Shown here: piece by piece, positions 5,969 to 14,099 of the stretch
Layout of the letters: each line of letters starts with the position of its first letter
Position numbering within the stretch: the first letter of the stretch is position 1
Source: Geotalea uraniireducens Rf4
GTDB lineage: Bacteria; Desulfobacterota; Desulfuromonadia; Geobacterales; Geobacteraceae
DNA length: 32,000 bases
Assembly: GCF_000016745.1 (NCBI RefSeq)
Contig: NC_009483.1
Span: 2,790,001 to 2,822,000, forward strand
Reading direction: 5' to 3'
Translations under genes and position numbers: made by a program
Notes under the pieces: model-generated
Told to the model about the DNA's origin: nothing
What the model saw: the letters and a program-made list of their open reading frames with translations, nothing else
Databases searched by the model: none

Positions 5969-7927
5969 TTATCGCATTCCCTCGGCCACCACCTCGGCGA
6001 TATCCTTGACCCGGGTCTTGCCCGACTGACGGTCTTTCAGGCCGTCCTCGATCATGGTCATGCAGTATGGACAGGTGACGCAGATGGTGTCGGGGTTCTT
6101 GCCGAGCGCCTCAGTGACCCGGTTCAGGTTGATCCTCTCCCCCAGGTGCTCCTCCATCCACATCCTTCCGCCACCTGCGCCGCAGCAGAAGGAATTTTGC
6201 CGGTTCCGCTCCAGCTCAATGGGAGCGCTGCCGGTGGCTTGGGCAATGACCGAGCGCGGCGCTTCGTAGATGTCGTTGTGACGCCCCAGGTAACACGAGT
6301 CATGGAAAACGATATTGCCCAGATCCTTAACCTGCCGGTTCAGCTTCAGCCTCCCCTCGCGCATTAGCTGGTCGAGAAGTTCCGCATGGGGAATGACCTC
6401 CAGCTCCAGCCCGTACTGCCGGTAGTCGTTCTTCAGCGTGGTGAAGCAGTGGGGACACTGGGTGATGACCTTTGTGATCCCCTTCTCCCGGAACAGGGCC
6501 ACATTCTCGTTCGTCATCCGGTCGAAGACGAACTCGTTGCCGAGACGCCGCAGACTGTCGCCGCAGCACTTCTCCTCGCGGCCCAGAATCCCCCAGGAGA
6601 CACCGGCGGCATCGAGGATCTGCGCCATGGCCAGCGTCACCTGCTTGCTCCTGGAATCGAAGGCCCCGGCGCAGCCGACGAAGAACAGGTACTCCGTCTT
6701 GCCCGCCTCGAAGGGCTTCACCTCCAACTGGGCAGACCATTTGGTCCGCTCGGCCGGGGCGATCCCCCAGGGGTTGCTGCGCTGCTCCATGTTCTCGAAG
6801 AGGTTCAACAGCTCTTCCGGGAAATCGGCATCCATCTGCACCAGGTGCCTGCGCATCTTGACCAGCTTCGGCATCTGCTCGATAAAGACCGGACAGGCGG
6901 AGAGGCAGGAGCCGCAGGTGGTGCAGGACCAGATTGATTCCCTGGCAACACTCCCATCACCTTCGCCGATCAGCGGCAGGACCGGTGCCCCCTTCCTCTG
7001 CAGGAGCGGGCCGTTGGCCAGCAGGTTTTCCTTGATGTCATGGATCACCTGTCGCGGATTGAGAGGCTTGCCGGTAACGGCGGCAGGGCACGCCTGCTGG
7101 CAGCGGCCGCATTCGGTACAGGAAAAGGAATCGAAGAGATCCTTCCAGTTGAAGCTGTCGACACTGCCGACGCCGTAGGAATTTCCTTCTGTGAACTCTT
7201 CGCGTGGCTGGGTGTTGGGCTTCTCCAGGCTCTTGAAAAAACAGTTGGGGATGGCGGTAAGGATGTGCATATGCTTGCTGTAGGGGAGGTAATTCATGAA
7301 AACAAGCAGAACGGCGGCGTGCAGCCACCAACAAATATTGGCCAAAGGATCGAGGAACGAGGAGCGAGGAAAAAACTCGGCAATAGCGGAGGATATGGGC
7401 ATCCAGGCGGCTGCGGGTTCCTTCCCCATGGCAATCTCTGCGGCATGCATGCCGAAAAAGGCGAGCATGAGCAGACCGATCATGCCGAGGATGGCGAATG
7501 CCTCGCCGGTGCGCGCCCCGTCATAGGGCGGATTTACAACCCTTCTGACCAGTGCGATGCAGACCGCGGTCAAAGCCGCAATAGATACCAGATCAAAGAT
7601 AACCAGAAGCGGATGATAAACGACAGAAGGCAGCAGGCCGAGGCTTGCTGCGGGAAAGACTCCGCGCAGGAAAAACTCGCCATTGGCGAGCGCCAGCACC
7701 ATAAAGGACCAGAAGATGACAAAATGATTGAAACCGAAAGGGCGGCTCACCACCCTTTTCTGGCCGAAGGCGAACTGTAGCGTGTTCCAGAGGCGCGCGC
7801 CGACGTTGTCGAAGCGGTCCTCCCCGGCGCCGAGGCTGACCAGGCTGAAGCGCCGGTAGCAGCTCCAGGCGAAAATAAGCAGTGATGCTGCCAGAATGGG
7901 AGTGAAGATGGCTGGATTTGGTTGCAT
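5969..7927 (-). CDS. Membrane-bound HdrD/DsrK-like Fe-S oxidoreductase (Etf-associated quinone oxidoreductase type)
   Basis: About six N-terminal TM helices. Two ferredoxin motifs (CTECGRCQQACP, CTTCGSCLSACP). Two CCG-domain motifs (KCCGDS, FCCGAGGG). Directly downstream of etfBA. I prefer the ATG at 7927 (MQPNPAIF..., GAGG 6 nt upstream) over the track start at 7954. Confidence 0.85.
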   Translation of the reverse strand: MQPNPAIFTPILAASLLIFAWSCYRRFSLVSLGAGEDRFDNVGARLWNTLQFAFGQKRVVSRPFGFNHFVIFWSFMVLALANGEFFLRGVFPAASLGLLPSVVYHPLLVIFDLVSIAALTAVCIALVRRVVNPPYDGARTGEAFAILGMIGLLMLAFFGMHAAEIAMGKEPAAAWMPISSAIAEFFPRSSFLDPLANICWWLHAAVLLVFMNYLPYSKHMHILTAIPNCFFKSLEKPNTQPREEFTEGNSYGVGSVDSFNWKDLFDSFSCTECGRCQQACPAAVTGKPLNPRQVIHDIKENLLANGPLLQRKGAPVLPLIGEGDGSVARESIWSCTTCGSCLSACPVFIEQMPKLVKMRRHLVQMDADFPEELLNLFENMEQRSNPWGIAPAERTKWSAQLEVKPFEAGKTEYLFFVGCAGAFDSRSKQVTLAMAQILDAAGVSWGILGREEKCCGDSLRRLGNEFVFDRMTNENVALFREKGITKVITQCPHCFTTLKNDYRQYGLELEVIPHAELLDQLMREGRLKLNRQVKDLGNIVFHDSCYLGRHNDIYEAPRSVIAQATGSAPIELERNRQNSFCCGAGGGRMWMEEHLGERINLNRVTEALGKNPDTICVTCPYCMTMIEDGLKDRQSGKTRVKDIAEVVAEGMR

Positions 7928-7980
7928 GAAAACCTCGTTATGTATCACCAACACGGCGACAGATTGAAAAGTTCTTTTCT

Positions 7981-8064
7981 CCTCCCCTTAGATTAAGGGG
8001 AGGTCGGGAGGGGTTAGGCTTGGAGAAATAACTCCCCCCAGCCCCCTCTTACCTAAGAGGGGGA
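7981..8064. repeat. G/C-tract hairpin intergenic repeat (REP-like), locus 2
   Basis: Hairpins ctcccctta-gat-taaggggag (7982-8002) and ccccctctta-cc-taagaggggg (8042-8063). The module ataactccccccagccccctcttacctaagaggggg is near-identical to 13981-14016. The gggaggggtta module is shared with 14070-14080. Confidence 0.75.
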
Positions 8065-8095
8065 GTAGTTACGATCCATGTTGTAAATACGCGTT

Positions 8096-9421
8096 TTAAT
8101 GATTGCAATTTACCTGTTTCAGCTCCCTGAGCCGCTCGGTGATGGCAGGCACCACCTGGAACAGGTCGCCGACGATGCCGTAGGACGCCACCTCGAAGAT
8201 GGGCGCCTCCCGGTCCCGGTTGATGGCGATGACCATGTCGGAATCCTGCATCCCCACCAGGTGCTGGATGGCGCCGGAAATGCCGCAGGCAATATAGATC
8301 TTCGGTCGCACAGTCTTGCCGGTCTGCCCCACCTGCCGCTCCTGCGGCATCCACCCCGCATCCACCGCGCTTCGGGATGCGCCGACCACGCCGCCCAGCT
8401 CATCGGCCAGTTCCTTGAGCATGGCGAAGTTCTCTTTCGCCATCATGCCGCGACCGCCGGAGACGATAAACTCGGCGCCGGCGATGTCCACGTGATCCTT
8501 CCCCTTCTTGTCGCTGATGACTTCCAATACCTTGGTGAAGATATCGGCCTCATTGATGGCAAAGGACTTCCTGATGATTTCGCCGCTCCGCCCCTCGGTC
8601 TTCTCAGGCATGGGCATGACATGAGGGCGTACCGTGGACATCTGCGGCCGGAACTTGTCGCACATGATGGTGGCCATGATGTTGCCGCCGAAAGCGGGGC
8701 GGGTCTGCATCAGGTTCCGCTTGTCGTCGATATCGAGCCCGGTGCAGTCTGCTGTGAGACCGGTCTTGACCCGGGTGGCTACTGCGCCTGCCAGGTCGCG
8801 GCCGAGACCGGTCGCTCCCATGAGGACCACCTCCGGCTTGTATCTGTCGATGAGGTAACAGAGGGCATCCAGATAAGGGTCGGTCCGGTAATAGCGGAAC
8901 ACCGGCTGATCCAGGAGATAAGCCTTAGTTGCGCCGTAGCTGAAGGCCTCTGCGCAGAGATGTTCCACCTGGTGCCCCAGAACAACGGCACAGAGTTCCA
9001 CACCGAGATTCTCTGCCAGTTCGGCACCTTTCCCCAAAAGCTCCCAGGAAACCCGGGCGGCCTCCCCTTCTGTCTGCTCGATGAACACCCAGACACCCCG
9101 GTAAGAGGCAAGGAGTTCACGGCGCTGCTTCTCCCCTTCATCCACCTCTTCATCGGGAAGGTTTCCCTGCGCGGCCAATGCAGCCAGGATCTCCAGCTCC
9201 TCGGGTGTGTAAAAGATTTCCAGGGCTTTGCCGGGACAGGCCTTGACGCACTTGACGCAGCCGATGCACTTGGAAAGCTCTATCTCCGGCTCCCCCTGGG
9301 CATTCATCTCGATCCCGTCGACCGGGCAGCTGCTCTGGCAGCGGGCGCCGCAGGCAATGCACTTCCCTTCAATGAGGCGGACCTTGCCGCGGGTTTTTTT
9401 TATCTTTTTCTGTTCGGTCAT
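8096..9421 (-). CDS. etfA: Electron transfer flavoprotein alpha subunit with N-terminal 2x[4Fe-4S] ferredoxin domain
   Basis: 441 aa. CIACGARCQSSCP and CIGCVKCVKACP sit in the first 65 residues. ETF-alpha core and FAD domain follow (IVSGGRGM, GASRSAVDAGW, QVGQTGKTVRPKIYIACGISGAIQH). Confidence 0.9.
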   Translation of the reverse strand: MTEQKKIKKTRGKVRLIEGKCIACGARCQSSCPVDGIEMNAQGEPEIELSKCIGCVKCVKACPGKALEIFYTPEELEILAALAAQGNLPDEEVDEGEKQRRELLASYRGVWVFIEQTEGEAARVSWELLGKGAELAENLGVELCAVVLGHQVEHLCAEAFSYGATKAYLLDQPVFRYYRTDPYLDALCYLIDRYKPEVVLMGATGLGRDLAGAVATRVKTGLTADCTGLDIDDKRNLMQTRPAFGGNIMATIMCDKFRPQMSTVRPHVMPMPEKTEGRSGEIIRKSFAINEADIFTKVLEVISDKKGKDHVDIAGAEFIVSGGRGMMAKENFAMLKELADELGGVVGASRSAVDAGWMPQERQVGQTGKTVRPKIYIACGISGAIQHLVGMQDSDMVIAINRDREAPIFEVASYGIVGDLFQVVPAITERLRELKQVNCNH

Positions 9422-9432
9422 TTATATCTCTC

Positions 9433-9492
9433 GTAGGGGCGGGGTCCTCCCGCCCTGTTCTCCCGCCCCGGGCGGGGAAAACCCGCCCCTAC
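9433..9492. repeat. G/C-tract hairpin intergenic repeat (REP-like), locus 3
   Basis: The outer inverted repeat gtaggggcggg (9433-9443) / cccgcccctac (9482-9492) encloses further CCCGCCC/GGGCGGG hairpins. Confidence 0.7.
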
Positions 9493-9500
9493 AGTTGCAA

Positions 9501-10313
9501 TTACACCGCAAGCATGTCCTTGGCCAGCAGTTGCTCCACCAACAAACGGGCGGTGCCCACCGGATCGTTCATGCCGTCGCCGATGACCTCTCCCTTGCTC
9601 CGTTCCGGCGAAAAGATCCTGCTCACCCAGGTGGGGGAACCTTTCAGGCCGATACTGTTCACATCCAGTTTAAGCTGACCGTTGTCCCAGACCCTGACCT
9701 GGGCATTTGCCGATTTCAACCGCATGGGGACCGTCGGGTAGCGCGGCCGGTTGAGCTCCCGCACCACGGTGATCATCGCCGGCAGGCGCGCCTCGACGAT
9801 CTCGTACCGCCCTTCCAGTTTGCGCCGCACCCGGATTTTTTTTTCCATGAAGTCCAGATGCTCGATCCGGTCGACCAGCGTCAGCTGGGAAAATCCAAGC
9901 CGCACCGCGATGCCGGGTCCCACCTGGGCGGTATCGCCGTCGATGGTCTGCTTGCCGCAGAAGACGAGTCCCACCTCATCCTCTTCGGCAAGCTTCCTGA
10001 TGGCAGCCGCAAGAACATTGCTGGTGGAAAGGGTGTCGGCCCCGCCGAAGACCCGGTCGGAAAGGAGAACGGCATCGTCTACGCCGAGGGCGAGCGCCTT
10101 CTTCAGAGCCGCTTCCGCATTGGGAGGGCCCATGGAAAGGGCCGCGGCCCGGAATCCGTATTTCTCCTTCATCCGCAGACTCTCTTCCAGGGCATGGGTG
10201 TCGTAGGGGTTGACGATGAACGGAATCCCCTCCCGCACCAGGGTATTGGTGACCGGGTCTATCTGGACCTGGGTCGTGTCGGGCACTTGCTTGATACACG
10301 CAACTACGAACAT
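9501..10313 (-). CDS. etfB: Electron transfer flavoprotein beta subunit (resembles bifurcating-type EtfB by eye)
   Basis: 270 aa. MFVVACIKQVPDTTQVQIDPVTNTLVREG...NPYDTHALEE...DRVFGGADTLSTS...GKQTIDGDTAQVGP. GAGGA lies 7 nt upstream of the ATG at 10313. Confidence 0.9.
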   Translation of the reverse strand: MFVVACIKQVPDTTQVQIDPVTNTLVREGIPFIVNPYDTHALEESLRMKEKYGFRAAALSMGPPNAEAALKKALALGVDDAVLLSDRVFGGADTLSTSNVLAAAIRKLAEEDEVGLVFCGKQTIDGDTAQVGPGIAVRLGFSQLTLVDRIEHLDFMEKKIRVRRKLEGRYEIVEARLPAMITVVRELNRPRYPTVPMRLKSANAQVRVWDNGQLKLDVNSIGLKGSPTWVSRIFSPERSKGEVIGDGMNDPVGTARLLVEQLLAKDMLAV

Positions 10314-10357
10314 GGAAAATCCTCGTTATGGAATATTTTGCCGACCTTGACTTGTTA

Positions 10358-10552
10358 TCAGTTTTCCAGTGGTGTTTCCGCACTCATGGCCAGTTCCCAT
10401 CGTGCCTTGATCAGCGCGAAAGCATCGCGCATGAGATCCGATGCCTTGCTGTTCGTCAAATCCATTGCCTTCTGGACGATCTCCATCTCATCATCGCTGA
10501 TTCTCAAAGAGACAATGTTGGGTTTTTTGGGATTTTTGTATTTTCTCGTCAT
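10358..10552 (-). CDS. Small ribbon-helix-helix (CopG/Arc-like) protein, 64 aa
   Basis: I take the internal ATG at 10552 of track ORF 10358..10849 (GAGGAG 8 nt upstream), because the longer form would overlap the MOSC gene. MTRKYKNPKKPNIVSLRISDDEMEIVQKAMDLTNSKASDLMRDAF... shows a basic N-terminus, a beta-strand and two helices. Confidence 0.6.
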   Translation of the reverse strand: MTRKYKNPKKPNIVSLRISDDEMEIVQKAMDLTNSKASDLMRDAFALIKARWELAMSAETPLEN

Positions 10553-10601
10553 CTTCAGTTCTCCTCTCATTAACTTAATCTGTAGGACACATAAAGTACG
10601 T

Positions 10602-11033
10602 TCACAGCACCCTGATCTCATCCTGGGGCCTGACAACACCGCCCCTGACAACCTTGGCAAAGATTCCCTCTTTCGGCATGACGCAGTCTCCAGCCTGGTA
10701 ATAGATGGCGCAACGGGTATGACATTCCTTGCCGATCTGGGATATTTCAAGAAGCACCTCCCCGATGGCGAGTCTGGAACCGATCGGCAGGGCCGGCAGT
10801 TCGATCCCCTGCGTGGTGATGTTCTCGGCAAAGTCCCCTGCTCCCACATCTAGCCCCATCTTCTGCATCTTGCCTATGCTTTCCATGGCCAAGAGGCTGA
10901 TCTGGCGGTGCCACTCCCCGGCATGGCCGTCGCCGACTATGCCATGGTTCTCCCTGAGCAGAACCTCCGCCACGGGCGTCTTGCGCTCCCCTTTTTTCTC
11001 GCTGATACTGACTGCCACAACCTTCGGGGTCAT
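10602..11033 (-). CDS. MOSC domain protein (Moco sulfurase C-terminal domain family)
   Basis: 143 aa from the ATG at 11033 (GGAGG 7 nt upstream). MTPKVVAVSISEKKGERKTPV...GIVGDGHAG.WHRQISLLA...GDFAENITT.G...IGKECHTRCAIYYQAGDCVMPKEGIFAKV is typical of stand-alone MOSC proteins. The track's upstream extension runs through the heptad repeat. Confidence 0.8.
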   Translation of the reverse strand: MTPKVVAVSISEKKGERKTPVAEVLLRENHGIVGDGHAGEWHRQISLLAMESIGKMQKMGLDVGAGDFAENITTQGIELPALPIGSRLAIGEVLLEISQIGKECHTRCAIYYQAGDCVMPKEGIFAKVVRGGVVRPQDEIRVL

Positions 11034-11056
11034 AGATTTGCCTCCATAGGTTTTAA

Positions 11057-11112
11057 GTTTGATGTTCGATGTTCGAAGTTCGATGTTGTAACGTCGAACA
11101 TCGAACCTCGAA
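11057..11112. repeat. Heptad-periodic palindromic repeat (8 heptads) in the intercistronic gap
   Basis: gtttgat gttcgat gttcgaa gttcgat gttgtaa cgtcgaa catcgaa cctcgaa. Positions 11071-11087 pair with 11097-11113 (17 bp, one mismatch) around a 9-nt loop. Confidence 0.75.
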
Positions 11113-11126
11113 CCGGTTCTCAACGT

Positions 11127-12107
11127 TCACCCACCGATTTGCGACATGGCCACCGAGCCATGCGCCGTTTCATCTTCCGCCAGATGGTGACGGCCCGGCT
11201 TTCCCGTGACGATCCGCCGCAGTGTTTCCCGCAAAGGCCCATTGTCGGCTCCATGCAGAAGAGGCTTGAGATCAACCCCATTATCGGCAAACAGGCATCC
11301 CCGCAACAGACCTGATGCGGTTACCCTGATGCGGTTACAGCTATCGCAGAAGTGACCGGATATCGGCGTGATGATACCGATGGCCCCTGCCGAGCCTCTG
11401 ATTTTGAAGTTTCTGGACGGACCCGCCATTTCATTACCGACCAGCGGCAATAACGGATAATGCCGGCCGATGCGCTCAAGGATCTCACTCCCGGCCATGC
11501 ATTGGGAGTTCCACCCCTTATCCCTGAGGGTCGGCATGTATTCAATGAAGCGGACCGTGTACGGCTTATGGATAGTCAGTGCAGCGAAGTCCAGCAGCTC
11601 GTCGTCGTTGATCCCCTTCATGACGACCATGTTGATCTTCACCGGAGGAAAACCGGCCTCCTCCGCAGCGGCAATGCCGTCCACAACCTTGCGGAGATCC
11701 CCGCCTCGGGTAATCCGGGCAAAAGTCTCGGGCTTCAACGAATCTAGGCTGATGTTCAGACGCTGCGCCCCCGCCTGTCGCAAGGGAATGGCCAACTCGC
11801 CGAGAAGCAAACCATTTGTGGTAAGAACCAGCTCCTTGAGGCCGGGTATATCCGCCAGTCGCCCTATGAATTGGACCAGTCCCTTCCTGACGAGCGGTTC
11901 TCCGCCGGTAACCCGGATCTTTTCAATCCCCAGGGCAACAGATTCGCAGGCCACGCGATATAAATCCTCATAACTCAGCATCTCTCCATGCTGTAGCTTG
12001 GGGATTCCCTCGGCCGGCATGCAGTAACTGCAGCGCAGATTGCATCGATCCGTAACGGATAACCTGAGGTAATTTATGCGCCGGCCATATGAATCAATCA
12101 GTTCCAT
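11127..12107 (-). CDS. moaA: GTP 3',8-cyclase MoaA (radical SAM, molybdopterin biosynthesis step 1)
   Basis: ELIDSYGRRINYLRLSVTDRCNLRCSYCMP...TGGEPL...LTTNG..., with a C-terminal ...SQIGG. Start is uncertain: the ATG at 12107 gives the usual MoaA N-terminus, while the track uses TTG at 12128. Confidence 0.9.
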   Translation of the reverse strand: MELIDSYGRRINYLRLSVTDRCNLRCSYCMPAEGIPKLQHGEMLSYEDLYRVACESVALGIEKIRVTGGEPLVRKGLVQFIGRLADIPGLKELVLTTNGLLLGELAIPLRQAGAQRLNISLDSLKPETFARITRGGDLRKVVDGIAAAEEAGFPPVKINMVVMKGINDDELLDFAALTIHKPYTVRFIEYMPTLRDKGWNSQCMAGSEILERIGRHYPLLPLVGNEMAGPSRNFKIRGSAGAIGIITPISGHFCDSCNRIRVTASGLLRGCLFADNGVDLKPLLHGADNGPLRETLRRIVTGKPGRHHLAEDETAHGSVAMSQIGG

Positions 12108-12189
12108 ATCAATCCAGTTCCAAGTCAATCATCGCCCAGCAGGAAATATCTTTGAAAATCCCGATTAGCACCAATCTTCCGCTGAGAGA

Positions 12190-12279
12190 TCCCCCCCTTT
12201 GAGAAAGGGGGGTCAGGGGGGATTTGGTTTGCACCGTCAAAGGCAAATCCCCCTAAATCCCCCTTTCTTAAAGGGGGAC
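12190..12279. repeat. G/C-tract hairpin intergenic repeat (REP-like), locus 4
   Basis: Three hairpins: cccccctt-tgag-aagggggg, ggggatttg...caaatcccc and tcccccttt-ctt-aaaggggga. It contains ggggggtcaggggggattt, which resembles the minus-strand unit of the 29.6-kb tandem array. Confidence 0.7.
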
Positions 12280-12321
12280 TTTCCAAGAAATTGCTGTTGG
12301 CGGGGTGCGATGCTAATCAGT

Positions 12322-12663
12322 TCAAAAATCGAAGGGGGAAAACTCTTCATTAGGAACGTAAGGCAATTTCGATACCAATTTCTCTGCAGACGCTTTACAA
12401 AGGGCGTCACTATCACCGGCATGGCTGCCTATTGCTTTGACTACAGCGGAATGAGACGCTTTTCTAGTATTTGGGTGAAAAATGAAAATGGCAGGATCAA
12501 ACCGATATGGAAAAGCAATGGAGCCGTTCCAAAATACTACGCTTGCCCCGCAATGGAACGCTATAAACGTTCTCTTTTGGAACACCATCAACCAATCCAC
12601 ATTTAGCGTTGATAGGCAACGCAAATGCAACTCTCTGTTTTTGCGGGTTATTTGCAGAAACAT
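12322..12663 (-). CDS. Hypothetical ORF in an AT-rich divergent region (possibly a gene remnant or spurious)
   Basis: 113-aa ORF with no family recognised and no convincing RBS. Base composition is clearly AT-richer than the neighbours. Reported only because it is the sole long ORF in a 680-bp gap. Confidence 0.2.
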   Translation of the reverse strand: MFLQITRKNRELHLRCLSTLNVDWLMVFQKRTFIAFHCGASVVFWNGSIAFPYRFDPAIFIFHPNTRKASHSAVVKAIGSHAGDSDALCKASAEKLVSKLPYVPNEEFSPFDF

Positions 12664-12690
12664 TCAAAACAACATGACTAATGAGATTAT

Positions 12691-12705
12691 TGGTACAGGC
12701 TTTGC
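12691..12705 (+). promoter_or_regulatory. Sigma-54 (-24/-12) type promoter candidate for the alcohol dehydrogenase gene
   Basis: TGGTAC-aggct-TTGC matches TGGCAC-N5-TTGC at all but one position, with correct GG/GC spacing. It lies 100 nt upstream of the ATG at 12805. Confidence 0.4.
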
Positions 12706-12804
12706 GATAAGTTAGAAAACCGTTCTACAAAACCGTATGCGATATCGACCAACGCATACAGGTAAACAAGGCGGCAACACAAAAAAAGACAGGAGGAAGT
12801 AACA

Positions 12805-13968
12805 ATGGCATTAGGAGAACAGACGTACGGATTTTACATCCCAACAGTTTCATTGATGGGGATCGGCTGCTCGAAGGAAACAGGGGCGCAGGCCAAGGCG
12901 CTCGGCGCCACCAACCTGCTGATCGTCACCGATGCAGGGCTTTCCAAGATGGGTGTTGCCGACAAGATCAAGGCCCAGCTGGAAGAGGCCGGCCTCAAGG
13001 CCGTCATCTTCGACGGCGCAGAACCCAACCCGACCGACAAAAACGTCCATGACGGCGTAAAGGTCTATCAGGACAACAAGTGCGACGGCATCGTCTCCCT
13101 CGGCGGCGGCAGCTCCCATGACTGCGGCAAGGGCGTAGGCCTCGTCATCGGCAACGGCGGCCACATCCGCGACTTCGAAGGCGTCAACAAGTCTGCAAAG
13201 CCGATGCCCCCCTTCCTCGCCATCAACACCACCGCCGGCACCGCTTCCGAAATGACCCGTTTCTGCATCATCACCAACACCGACACCCATGTAAAAATGG
13301 CCATCGTCGACTGGCGCGTCACACCAAACATCGCCATCAACGATCCGCTCCTGATGGTCGGTAAACCTTCCGCACTGACAGCAGCCACCGGTATGGACGC
13401 CCTGACCCACGCGGTCGAGGCTTATGTTTCAACCATCGCCACCCCGATCACCGACGCCTGCGCAATCAAGGCAATCGAACTCATCGCTCAGAACCTGAGC
13501 ACAGCAGTAGCCAACGGCGAAAACCTGGAAGCCCGCGACGCAATGGCCTATGCAGAGTATCTGGCCGGCATGGCATTCAACAACGCCAGCCTTGGTTATG
13601 TACACTCCATGGCTCATCAGCTGGGCGGCTTCTACAACCTCCCGCACGGCGTCTGCAACGCCATTCTTCTCCCGGCCGTCAGCCAGTTCAACATTATCGC
13701 CTGTCCGAAGCGTTTTGCCGATATCGCTGCTGCCCTGGGTGAGAACATCACCGGCCTTTCAGTTGTAGAAGCCGCTGATAAGGCGATAGCCGCAATCCGC
13801 AGGCTTTCTGCTTCCATCGGCATCCCCGCCGGCCTCAAGTCGCTGAATGTTAAAGAAGAAGACCTGAAGGTCATGGCTGAAAATGCCAAGAAAGACGCTT
13901 GCCAGCTGACCAACCCACGCAAAGCTACCCTGGAGCAGGTCATCGACATCTTCAAGGCAGCAATGTAA
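12805..13968 (+). CDS. Iron-containing (group III) alcohol dehydrogenase
   Basis: 387 aa. Signatures SLGGGSSHDCGKG, TTAGTASE, GMDALTHAVEAY, HSMAHQLGG..NLPHGVCNA. AGGAGGA lies upstream of the ATG. Confidence 0.9.
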   Translation: MALGEQTYGFYIPTVSLMGIGCSKETGAQAKALGATNLLIVTDAGLSKMGVADKIKAQLEEAGLKAVIFDGAEPNPTDKNVHDGVKVYQDNKCDGIVSLGGGSSHDCGKGVGLVIGNGGHIRDFEGVNKSAKPMPPFLAINTTAGTASEMTRFCIITNTDTHVKMAIVDWRVTPNIAINDPLLMVGKPSALTAATGMDALTHAVEAYVSTIATPITDACAIKAIELIAQNLSTAVANGENLEARDAMAYAEYLAGMAFNNASLGYVHSMAHQLGGFYNLPHGVCNAILLPAVSQFNIIACPKRFADIAAALGENITGLSVVEAADKAIAAIRRLSASIGIPAGLKSLNVKEEDLKVMAENAKKDACQLTNPRKATLEQVIDIFKAAM

Positions 13969-13980
13969 CAAACAAAAAAC

Positions 13981-14082
13981 ATAACTCCCCCAGCCCCCTC
14001 TTAACTTAAGAGGGGGTATCAAATCCCCCTCCCCTTAAGCTAAGGGGACCCAAAGGGCCTAAAGAGGCCGGGAGGGGTTATG
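13981..14082. repeat. G/C-tract hairpin intergenic repeat (REP-like), locus 5, bounded by imperfect inverted ends
   Basis: ataactccccc...gggaggggttat ends. Internal hairpins ccccctctta-ac-ttaagaggggg and tcccctta-agc-taagggga. Its modules are shared with 7981-8064 but in a different order. Confidence 0.75.
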
Positions 14083-14099
14083 TGCCTTCAGCTCGCAAC

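Noticed and set aside
10553-10849. Long form (163 aa) of the RHH ORF
   Set aside because: It would overlap the MOSC gene by about 250 nt in another frame. The internal ATG at 10552 has a GAGGAG RBS and yields a typical 64-aa RHH protein.
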